Part shown: piece after piece, positions 1 to 14,191 of the stretch | Numbering within the stretch: the stretch's first letter is position 1 | Layout: the number at the start of each line of letters is the position of its first letter | Assembly (NCBI GenBank): GCA_051294375.1 | Contig: CM119266.1 | Span: 14,237,463 to 14,301,462, forward strand | DNA length: 64,000 bases | Direction: 5' to 3' | Source: Paraspadella gotoi | Lineage: Eukaryota > Animalia > Chaetognatha | Position numbers and translations under genes: made by a program | Notes under the pieces: model-generated | What the model saw: the letters and a program-made list of their open reading frames with translations, nothing else | What the model was told of the DNA's origin: nothing | Database searches by the model: none

Positions 1-138
1 GACCTTTGGGTTGGGAGGCGAATGACTTGCCTCCTGCACCAATGGCCGCTGATGATCGGTTGGTGGATTTTAGTCCACCATAAAGCCTCATTCGGTTACT
101 AAACTATCCAAAATATTTCATGCTGTCTTTTGAAATAG

Positions 139-3100
139 ACGATCTCTCACGATCCCAACGACAACAACGCCGATAATCCTACCCTCCGCGATTGGACACC
201 CGACTTCCTCTGGATCGTCCTCGCCGCAGTATCCGTCGTCGTCTGCACCGGCGTCGTTCTTTCCGCCGTCGCCTGGAGATGGCGCCTCGACAAAAGCAAC
301 GCAGTCTCTCCGGGGATCGTCGACGAGCGTTTGGCGAAGGGTCCCGGTGGCGCGGCTACCGCGGGGAATAGACAGAGTCGATGGCGACCTGAGGTCGACG
401 AAGTAAGCTTCGAGTTCGACGTGGCTATGATTTTTTTTGTTCATTACTGTTTAACATTTGTTTTTTCATGCAATTATATAAATTCCGGAGGAGATCCAGG
501 AGGAAATTTTGCGAATTACGAGATCGAGCAACTCTTTGGTGGCGAAAATCAGCAGCCATTCGAACCACGTCAGTTCTCGTTTTGAACCATGTCAAAAAAC
601 ATGACACAATTAAGGGTTAATTGAGGCTTATGATCCATTTTTACGACAGACAAATATAGGGTGTTAATTAACGAAAAAGAAGAGGACGCTCAAAACGACG
701 AAATGTCAGGAATGACAGACGCCTTCCAGAAAAAAGTAAATATATTGAAAAACGGTCGGATATTGTGAATAAGTCCCTCTTTAGATGCGTTCGATTTTGT
801 TTTCACATTGGATTTTTTTTTTTCAGTGCAAAAAGATTTTCTTTTGTGGAAGAAGGACCTACAAAAATTTTTTCTTTATAATGAGTGTAAGTGATTGAAT
901 AACAGATTCAATAATATTATAATAATAATAATAATAATAATATAATAATAATATATTATAATAATATAATTATTATAATATATTTCTGTTTCAATTTTGT
1001 AACGGTTGTTTTGTCAGAATTCATTGCTTCAACAAGCAAAACGTATGAATTTCATCAAACCTAAATCAGATTTAGCTTACGACTTGCAGAAAGGAGAAAA
1101 ATGTATAGACGAAGTAAATACCGTTGCAAGTGATAACGAAAAAAATATCCACGAGCTGGATATCCAACAATCTAAAGATCGTGATGTGTCACTTGAAGAT
1201 AGACTAGTTGAAACAAAGAACAAAGATGGCGAAGTAGACGATGTCGAAATCGAGGGAATAAATGGGAATCCAAATGGAAACATCGAAGGCGATGATGAAA
1301 ACATCCAGAGCGAAAACGTCAAAGACAAGAACGTCCATGGGGAAAAGCTTTTGAACGAAGAGGGCAGAATCGAGGTTGACGAAGATTCCAAAATCATTAT
1401 TAATGAAGTCGAGGGAGTCGTAAAATTTGAACTTGACAATGATTCTACGGTTGAGGAAAACGCAAGTTCTCTGTTTTCTAATATTTCTAAAGACAATCTG
1501 GACGATGCCGTCACGGAGAGAGGGTTGTCGGTCGTCGAATCTCTTTTGTCACTCCCTAACTTGACGAATTTAATGACAAACGATAACGAAAGAAACGACG
1601 ATGAAGATGACGGGGAAAATTGCCGCAGAATGCAATTGCCATGCATCGCTGAGAGCAAAAGAGTAGAGAACGAAGTTTTGAAGATTCTGTCAGAATCTAG
1701 CGTAAAAGGTTTTAAACAAAATAAATATGCTTAATAAAAGATAATGCAAACGAAATAAATTATCATATATTTATTTGTCAGATTTGGTTTGTCCGCCAGT
1801 TTATTCGAAAAACTTGGCCAATGACGATTGTGATTACGATGATAGCCTTGGTAAAGTCTTTGGCCGAATGCAAATGCCATGCGTCGCTGAAACCGAAAAA
1901 GTGGATGAAGAAATTATAGAAATTTTGAAAGAATCAAACGTAAAAGGTTTGTGTCAATAAAATGTATGTACAACGTAAAACGTTCAAAAAACGACTAACA
2001 AAATAAATGATCGTGTATTTAATTTTATGAGATGTTTCGACCAAGAATTAATTTTAAAGTTACTAGAAACGATGATAAAAGTGGCGAGGATGGCGATAAC
2101 CAAGATAGAGTCCGTGGCATAATGAAATTACCCGTCGTCGCAGAGAGCAAAAAAGTGAAGGAAGAAGTTTCAAAAACTCTGCCTGAATCTAACTTAGAAG
2201 GTTCTAGCACAATAAAAATAGGGATAATGTGGCAGCAAGACTTAAAGCTGCCTCACTGCTGTCCGTCCTCAGCCTCGTCTCAATGGCTGAGCAGGCTAAA
2301 TCATCTCATTCCATCCGTGCGTCCCGGGTTCAATCCCTGGGTATCCCGGTTCTGGCTTAAATGTGACGGTGCCGGTATAAACATGCCAGTGACAGGAGGC
2401 GGTCACTGAGGGTCCGCAGCCCCTACGCCAGTTGGTGAGATACCCTGCGCCCCGGGTATCACAGGCTATCCTCCCGTTGCCATAATAAATTAATAAAGCC
2501 AACAAAACAAATTATTTCATATCAGATATAGTCCGATCGAGATACAAATTTGAAGATTTAAGCAACAACAACGACGATGGCAAAGACGACGATAGCCATT
2601 CTGAAGTTTGTGGAAGAATGCAATGGCCAAGCTTTGCTGAGAGTAGCAAAGTGGAGGACGAAATTTTAGAAATTCTGTCAGAAACTAACGTAAAAGGTTC
2701 GAGTGTGGAGCAATAATAATAATAATAACAATAACTTTCAGAGAGAGAGACTAAAATAAAACATGATTCCTTCCGTCGTCAGATTCAGTTCGACCGAGAG
2801 TTAATTTCGAAGACGCAAGAAACGATAACGACAATGGCGTCGGCGTCGGCGACGTCTTTGAAATGAAGGCGACCAGGTCGAACCTTTTCGATCGGCGGTT
2901 GGCGGAGCTGGAGGAAGAATTTGACGAAGCCGGCGATGATTGGGGCATGAGGCCCAAATCTTGTCCGGAAGGAGGCAGACAGCCGGTTGGTCTATATCAT
3001 GTGCTGGTTATTGTTGATGGCTAAATATCAAATTATAAACCAGTTTCTCTCCCGAATTCCAGATCCCTCGTCCTAAAAAACCCTCTACGGCCAAAGTGTG

Positions 3101-5820
3101 GCGGACGAACTGCTTGGGGAGCGACCTGTTGCGCCCCCAAAATCGAAGACGACGCCGCTTCGAAAGTATCGACGATCTGTTGTACGAGTGCGAAGGAAGA
3201 GAGCGGGCGTCGCCTTCGGACAACGCCGCCGATTCAATTGAGGTTCAATTCAATTTATTCAATGAGAATGATAAGAATGTTTAAGACTTTAAGCTAACTT
3301 GATACGGGTTCCATTTTTATTTACGGGCTCTCTATTAATTCCATTAATTAAATTGCTAAAATTAAGAGTATAAGTAAATCCATCTCAAGCATCCATCCGT
3401 CGCTATAATCCAGCTTTTTTCTTCCTAATTGAATTAATTCTATCAGCGGCTAACCTGTGCCGATGAAGACCGGCTGGCTTTGCCCAAGACCTCGTCGTCT
3501 TCGATAGTTAAAATCCACGACGAGACTGGGATTGTAGTCGTAGATACAGTCGAAGTCGGCGGCGAAGGCGGCGACGCTGTCGCGGAATTTCGAGAGAGCT
3601 TGGAAATGATCGAGCTACTTGAAGACGGGTTTCCCTTAGAGGATCGAGTTTTGCTCCACGAGAAAAGACCCGAAGATGCTGTTGTCGACAAGGGAGTGAG
3701 CTTCGCCCAATCCGTCGATGCAAGTATTCCCGAGATACAAACAGAGTTGTCGTCGATCGAAACGCCGGAAGTTATCATCGTCGACGCCTGTGGAAAACCG
3801 GGGCACCAAAATCACCGGAAGAAGAAAGGGGACGAAGGGAAAATAATTTACAAAGTGCTTTATTATAAATATTATTAAACATTAAACAGTATACTTATTT
3901 AAAATAGATACCCTGCTCTCTAACTCTCATTACTTCTAAGGCTCCGACACATCTGCGGATGAAGAAAGAGTTTGGAGAATCAACGACGAAGTTGAAGCAA
4001 GAAGAACAGAGTCTCCTCGAAGCCATCGAGAAGGAAAATCTGCTGCTGCTGCACAGAGCTCTTTACTGGTTTATTTTCGTTAATATATTATTTCGTTGTT
4101 ATAAAACCAAATAATTTTGAAATCATTTAAAAACCGTTAATCCCCGCCGGGCCTTTGTCACCCAGGTGCAGAAAACAAGGGATGAGCGCTGAAGAATCTG
4201 TCCTGATGCAAACCGCAGAGGACAAAGTGGACGAGTTGCGGCAAAACATGACTTGCTACGGAGAGGCGGCGAGGCAGGAGAAGATTAAGCTCAAGTTAAA
4301 GATTAGAGCCATGGAGCAAGAGGCCTTGGTGGAAGAGAGCCGCGTCAAGCAAGCTAAACTGTTTCTCGAGGTTCCGTGTTTCGGGATATCTTTCGTGAAA
4401 ATTTATATATATATAATATATAATTTATATATATTTATATATATTTATTAGAATTTGTGAATGAATTAATCTCACCCGACACCGACGTCATTTCAGATCG
4501 CCCTTATGGCGGAGAACGAGGGTCAGATACGAAACGTTATCCAAAACAATTTTATGAATCACAACATTCCTCTGGACCAAGAGGATCAAATGAAAGTTAG
4601 TGAAAACGTTTCTTTTACAATTTCCGTACCATTTTTTAATATATAAAATGTTCTACCAATCAGATTTACCATTTGGAATTAGCTTGTGATGGTTAGTCAG
4701 TCAATTCACAAGTTTATCTTTACAGGTGGAGACCATCTTGACACGATTAAGCGTCGAACAAAAATTGGAGACCGCGTTTCGCAACGACCGACGCGCGGAG
4801 ATGGAAGACGCGCTCAAGAAGGCTCACCAGCTTGATCCCGCCGTCCGGATGAGGGCGAGGTAAAGCGTATCGCTGGGGCTCGGGTGCTGAGGCATCGAAT
4901 CTGACTTGTATTTGCCCAACATCCTCGTCCGTCTTCTTTTGAAGCATCAAATTGAAGATGATGCTCGTCGAGGACAAACTGGGGAAAGTTATGAGTCTGG
5001 AAAACTTGAGGATGGAAATTTTGACTATGAACATTCAGTGCATCATCGAGGCTAGTCTAAATTACAATTACTACAATTAATTACTACAATTATTCTAATC
5101 GGTGACTATAAAGTCGATCGTCTATAAAGGTTTTCAGTTACGTTCGACCTCCCGTGGCGGTGGAAATTGTTATACGGGCCGTACTCACATTGCTCGGTTT
5201 TCAGGCGATTACTACTTTGTAATTTATAGTTTTGATCTTAGTTTTATTATACTACTTTTGTGATCACCGATTAGGAAACTCGCTTAAAAAGTTGGAGAAG
5301 TATCAAACGAGAAATGCATCAGATGGGAACGGAAAGTATGAGAGCAAAAATTGTAGATTTGGATCCCAGGTGAATACTTTTGTTTAATATTAAAAGATTG
5401 ATTGATTGATTGATTGATTGGTTGGACTTGATTTAAATTCAGGAGAGTGTCACAAACAGTCGGCTTAAAAGCGGAAAAGCTTTTGACAAAATTCGACTTA
5501 TCTACTATCCACGCTGTTTCAAAGGTTAAACTTTTGACTACTTTATTACGAGTAAATTTTTTAAAGAGAAAACCAAGTTTATTTGTTTACAAACGGTTTT
5601 TTTTATTTCAAACTAAACTTTGTTTTCTCTAAAACGCAACGAAAAGAAAGTCTTAACACAATGAGTAATTTTTAAAAAATAAAATTAACAAACAAAACTT
5701 CTGTTCCAGCCTGTAGCTGCATTTTATAGATGGGCTTTCAACATTATTAACCAAGTGAAAGTGATATCAAGACCTAATGAAGACTTAGTTAAAAATTTCG
5801 CATGGTTCAATGAAAATTAG
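139..5820 (+). CDS. Multi-exon uncharacterised protein: probable single TM helix, acidic tandem-exon repeats, coiled coil, C-terminal dynein-MTBD-like helical domain (5' end probably outside the window)
   Basis: Phase-compatible exons read manually: 1018-1708, 1782-1946, (2030-2200), 2526-2696, 2783-2985, 3063-3242, 3447-3854, 3941-4068, 4166-4370, 4497-4595, 4726-4859, 4945-5050, 5130-5204, 5275-5369, 5443-5524, 5710-5820 (TAG). The C-terminus reads LENLRMEILTMNIQCIIEVFSYVRPPVAVEIVIRAVLTLLGFQETRLKSWRSIKREMHQMGTESMRAKIVDLDP...IHAVSKPVAAFYRWAFNII. Exon 139-402 encodes FLWIVLAAVSVVVCTGVVLSAVAWRWR; its link to exon 1018 through small exons at ~490-890 is not resolved. Confidence 0.75.
1560..2830 (+). 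repeat. Tandemly duplicated ~165-171 nt phase-1 exons encoding a ~56-aa acidic repeat
   Basis: Units: CRRMQLPCIAESKRVENEVLKILSESSVK / FGRMQMPCVAETEKVDEEIIEILKESNVK / RGIMKLPVVAESKKVKEEVSKTLPESNLE / CGRMQWPSFAESSKVEDEILEILSETNVK. Each ends at AAG|GT, and units begin with a (D/E)xxRxRxxF-like motif. Confidence 0.9.
2229..2485 (+). mobile_element. tRNA-related SINE-like interspersed repeat, copy 1 (intron of gene 1)
   Basis: Near-identical to 16111-16368. Pol III A-box-like TGGCTGAGCAGG (2284-2295), B-box GGGTTCAATCCC (2326-2337) within T-arm CCGGG-TTCAATC-CCTGG. Confidence 0.8.
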
Positions 5821-6732
5821 AATGTGGAATATTGTACAGGAAGGTAGGGTAATTAGCGATAATAATAGATGTAAATATATATATCTCGTAACCCTGTGAA
5901 ATTCCAATTGACTTTTCTTTTCTCCATATTAGGCTTATAGTGAAAATGTGAATTTGCTCTTGTTTTGCGTGGTAGGGATTTTCTTTTGAGTTTTCTGAAA
6001 CAAGTGAACAGTTGGAGTTGAATCCTCGGCGCGCGCAGAGACCTACCCAGATGACGAGGACTTCTTAACCTTTTCCGAAAGGTAAGTAAAAGGTTTGGAA
6101 TCTTACGTCATATAGACAAGACGTTTTAACGGTCGACTACGAATGGAAAAAAAAAAGTTTAAATTTTTTGTACGAAAGACAGCATGCGCATTGAAATCTT
6201 CGACAGTCAAAACCAACGTTCCCGTGAGCGAATCGGGGGTGGAAAGTATTGTCTGAGCACTTCAATTGGCTTCCTTCAAATGATGATGTGTTACTTACAT
6301 TCCGTTCTTCTTTTTTTCCCCCCTTTTTTTTTAAATCTTGGCTCATAAAGAAACGATTATTGATTAACACATTCTAAAAATCCGTTCTGTAAGCGTTTCA
6401 CTCAATGAGTAGGAACTAATAATCGTGTACGTTGGTGATCAAACCGGTTTCTTTCTTTCTTTACTGTTGAGCCAAACTAATATCGCGATAAGCAAAATCT
6501 CTCTGGAAGTAAAATCTTATTTTCATTTGAAATTTTTAATCCTCTATCGGTTTTCGACTGAAAATTAAAAGGTTTTTCCCTGTTATGATCGGTTTAGTAT
6601 CTAAGTATTTTTAGAGGTCTTATGACCCTTAATTGCCGAAGATACGTTACGTTTTTTAAGGAAGCAATGAACAATTGAACGAGTGGCAACACTTTCACTA
6701 TCGCCACTCGTTCGACTACATTCGCATAATCA

Positions 6733-7020
6733 CAGTGATAGTAGCATATGAGCAAGCATTCTCTCTTTCTTCCAAGCAGCCTTGGGTTCGCGCCCCAACG
6801 GTGTTTATGCTAGTAAGCGGGACTGGTCGTCTAACTCACCTATAGTGGCGCACAGCAGTGAGATCCGAAGCTCAGAAGCTTGCAACAGGCGGTAATTTTT
6901 CCTCTGTGGCTCAAGAAACCCTGCGAGGGTAAGTCGACTTTTCCAAGCCCCCTCCTAAATTATGATGGATGTTTTGATATTATGATTATATTATATTATA
7001 TATAATATTATGATATTATC
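6733..7020 (+). mobile_element. Possible second tRNA-derived SINE-like element
   Basis: GC-richer island in AT-rich intergenic DNA with T-arm-like TTGGG-TTCGCGC-CCCAA (~6782-6798), ending in a (TATTA/TATGA)n tail. Single copy in the window and the A-box is weak. Confidence 0.3.
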
Positions 7021-8705
7021 ATCAAAGTCGAAAAATAACTCTTCAATTTTTTTTAACTTTTTAAGCCTTTTTGATATTTACTCTTCAAAACTTGGCGTAG
7101 CTGCAATTTGGAATTTGAAAAGGTCATTTTTGGTTGCTGACCAAATTTTCTTTTTCTTTCAGAAAATATTATTTTCATAACGGTATTTTTAACCTCAAAA
7201 ACTATTTAAAAGTTCTTAAACTTAATTTTTTAGCAAGCAAATAACGTATTTCCCAATCTAAAATTCTCTTCGAACGTTGATTATAAAAATTCATTTTTCA
7301 CTTTTTTTTTGCGCCTATTCTGCTTCCCGTCGCGGTTTTCCTGTCTTTTCCCGACCGCAATTTCGTGTTAATTTCCGAAACACAAAAACCATAAACATCA
7401 GGCGAGGAGCAATTTTTTCGTTATTTGCTCGCGACTTTAAATTTCCGCTTTCAACTTTTGCGACTATAAAGATCGCCGTCACATCCGCCCAATTTTTTAA
7501 ACAATATACCCACTCCCCCCCTCTCCCTTATTATTTCTCTCCTCTCGCTCTCTGCCAATCTACATTCACTTATTTCTACACTTGCCTGCACTTTTTTGGG
7601 GGGAACTTATCCTTTTTAATAGCTCAGGAATGTTAGAATGAGTTTGGGGGAGGGAGAAAGACCTGGAAGGCCCAACCTCCCCCTTCTCAGTTCTCCCAGC
7701 AATTCTTCCGTCGGATTAAATGAGAATCAGTCGGGAGGGGGGGGGGCGGAGAAAGATATATCTTCGCTGAACAAAGATATCATTATCTTTTTAAGCGGAG
7801 AAGATTGGCGCGATGCTTGGGCGGTTCATCCAAATTGTCTAACTCCAAAGGTTACAAAGTATCTTGGACTCTTCCCAACCAATCCCGCAACAGCGGTTGA
7901 CACAAGATTTAGAATTTGAGGGCAAACATTCTTTTTTTTTTCCTTTCCCGGTTCCCCCCGTTTTTCCTTTTTCTTCTTTTCGTCGGAAAATGGATGAGCT
8001 TTTTCTCCCCTTTTTTTTTCCTTGTTACGTCACTCGCCCTCGTCTCTATTAACAATTTAACTTCTCAAATTCCAGAAGTAAACCCTGAGCTTTCACATAC
8101 TTATAACGATTTTTTCCTACAATTGTGTAATCTAGCCAATGTAAATACACGCGACACACCTAATCTAACTATTTAATTTATTTCGGACAGAAACTTAGAA
8201 AATTCCAAATTTCTCCCTTCGGAGGAAAAAAAAACACGTGATTACTTTCGATCTTCTTCCTCGAAGCCATTTGTTTTGAAAGAAAAAAAAAGGAAAAAAA
8301 AAACTTTCCTGCGCTTAAAATTAAATTAATGATCGCGGAAATTGACTGGATACAGGATATATATAATCGACTGGACTAGCCGACAAGCCGTCGTTTCCCA
8401 CTCCTAAACAGAACATGTATCGTGCCCCTCAATGCCGAAAGCTGTTTCTCATTCGCGAATAAAAGGAAAGGCTTGTTTTGACGTGTAGTTCCTCTTAATC
8501 AATTTTCCAAACCGGTGGACCCTCGAAGAATAACATCTTCGGGACCCTTTAAAAAAAAACAAAAAAAACTTCACTTCATGTTTAAAACGCGATTTACTCA
8601 TTAAAAAGTCTAGCTAAAATTTTTAAAACTGCAAAAACTCCGTTTCTTACCGGAAACAGAAATCAGATCTCCCTGTCTCCTTTCGCATTTCGATGTGCGA
8701 CCGAC

Positions 8706-11919
<3,214 letters not shown>

Positions 11920-14191
11920 TCCTTCGACTCTCTCGTTCGTCCTTTCACATCTTTTTCGCTCGCTGACTCCTACTGCGATCTTAGTTCCGTTCCCATTTTT
12001 TGGTCCCTTTTTTATGACCTAAGTTTTTCTCCTTTGATTCATTTTTCTGTTTCCCCTTTTATTTTCGTCCTTGGTCCCTTTCTGTGATCCCCGAATCCCG
12101 TTCCCAAATCCCACCGCCAAACTTCATTCCCCGTCCTCTTTTCGTCTTTTAATGCGTCAATTATTCTTGGAGTCGTCGAAGCTGTCGTCCACGGTCTCAA
12201 GAACCCAGTCTGGTTAATCGTTTTCAAGTTCTTCGGTGTAGAACTTTTTCTCTTTTAAAAAAGAACCCGTTCCTTTTTTTTTTTCGGTTCGTCACAAAAC
12301 TTTAATCATGTGTAACCCGTGACTGGTTTTTTTAATTTTCGTTTAAAATAAGCGTTCTTTTTGTTCGCTTTGTTTCGTGCAGCATCGTGTTGGTTCTGAT
12401 CTAATCTCATCGACTAATTAAATCTTAAACAGTGATAAATGTGATCAGGTGGTAATATTTGCCAACTTTACAATTTGACGGACAGCCTAATTTTCGTGTT
12501 GGACGTTAAAATGTTTAGTGAGGTTTGAAAAATTATATTCACTTGAGAGTTACGTACATGATTTGACTTAATTTTCTTTTTAAATTTTTTTGGAAATCCA
12601 AGAAGTGGTTTAAAATTTTTTTTTTAATTAATTAATTAAATGAAATTAAAGGTTTGTTTAAAGTCAATTATCAACAGTGCAAGGAATTGTTTCTTTTTGT
12701 AAGTTATGAGGTTTTGATTGTTATTCTTTTATACTTGTCTTTTTTATTGGTGTTGAAAAAACTTTTTCATTATGCCCTGCATGCTATATTTTGCGAAATT
12801 CAGTTCAGTATCTCTTTGAAATCCATCGCATAACCATAAAATAAAACTCGGTTTTTGGAAATTATGCTAGAAATAAATAAATAATTATAATTTATTCTTC
12901 GTTCCCATTCTGTTTGTGGATTTGAAACGTTACTCTTTCGGTTAATTTTTCTACGCTCCCCATTCAATATACAACTAACACAAAACATTGAGCAAAAATG
13001 TCGTTTGGATTGTGTAAGATTTTGAATATGCATCATGGTGTATTGTATTGTTTCCTGATTAATTCGTTCATTTATAATATTCAGGAATTTTGTCATGCTT
13101 GATTTTTTTAATTTCTATTATCATTATTAGGTAAATTAGTGTTTCTGAGCTAGAAATAAAAGGTATTGAATCAGACTTTGCTGACGAGTAATGTTGGGGA
13201 AACAAAGGTTTAGTGAGAGAACGTTGCGGGAACACTTAAAATAACGCGAAAATCAGTTTTAAATATATAAATCATTAACAAAGGCTCTTGCTAAATTAAT
13301 CTGAAACCTCGAAAAGTTTAAAAAATTTGAAATTTTAGAGAAATGAATTCTGTATCGATTGCCTCCGTACGTCAATCCGTGGCCATGACATTCACTGTCC
13401 TAAGGGCTCCACTGCGAATTCTTGAGTCGCGCGTGAAAAGCCGCTTGTCGTGACTGCGCGAGCATGCCCTCACGCGAATCGGATGGTTCAATAAACGCCG
13501 GCGGCACGCGAGGGACGGGTCGAGCCTCCAGATCGATGCCTCCGTCACTACCGGAATGAAAAACCGGAAAGGATTTAATATTAATATTATCATAAATATT
13601 CTTTTTCCGAATATTACTGAGCGAGTTTTTTTTTTTTTTTATTTATGAATTACCTAACTATTCTCAAGATTTTAACTTATAGACGAACTCGGTTAGGAAA
13701 TGAGGAATAAAATTGTTAATTGTTATGTCGGGATTCTCCGGACCATATCACGATTTCGTAGTGATTCGCAAATAAAAGCAGCGACTCTCCCTCCCGACGG
13801 CCATTTCTCGACAACGTCGCGAGCGAAATTTCGGAATCGGCCGGAAGCCCTTGGCGGAAGGGAGCGAGGCACTTCGGTTCCTCGACTTAGTAACCCTGTC
13901 TTCCATCGGTACGGGTATTTCTATTAAAAAGTAAACAAAATAAGGTAGATTTCACTTCATTTTTTACCTTTAATTAATTTAGGAGAATAGTTTTGCATTT
14001 TAATTTTGGAATTTTAAATTGAATAATTTTAAAGCATTTAATTTTAAATGCAACATTTCCCTAAAGTAACAAAATTTGATTTGGAAAAACAGATTTATAA
14101 ATGTTTATTGTTGTCAGGAAAAAGAATCACGATGCGATAAAAGGCATCGCTTTAGAAGTATTCATAAACATCGCGTAACTAAGTCGCCATC

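Noticed and set aside
1077-1658. 193-aa minus-strand ORF
   Set aside because: Ser/Phe-rich antisense shadow of the acidic + strand exon.
2231-2310. HDV-like ribozyme in the 5' part of the SINE-like repeat (GGCAGCA/TGCTGTC pairing, CTCAGCC/GGCTGAG stem, GGCTAA)
   Set aside because: P3/L3 consensus, the GG needed for P1.1 and a proper P2 could not be assembled. The GGCTGAGCAGG segment is better explained as a Pol III A-box.
2277-2350. Functional tRNA gene
   Set aside because: Acceptor and anticodon stems do not pair; only the A/B boxes and T-arm persist, inside a longer repeat.
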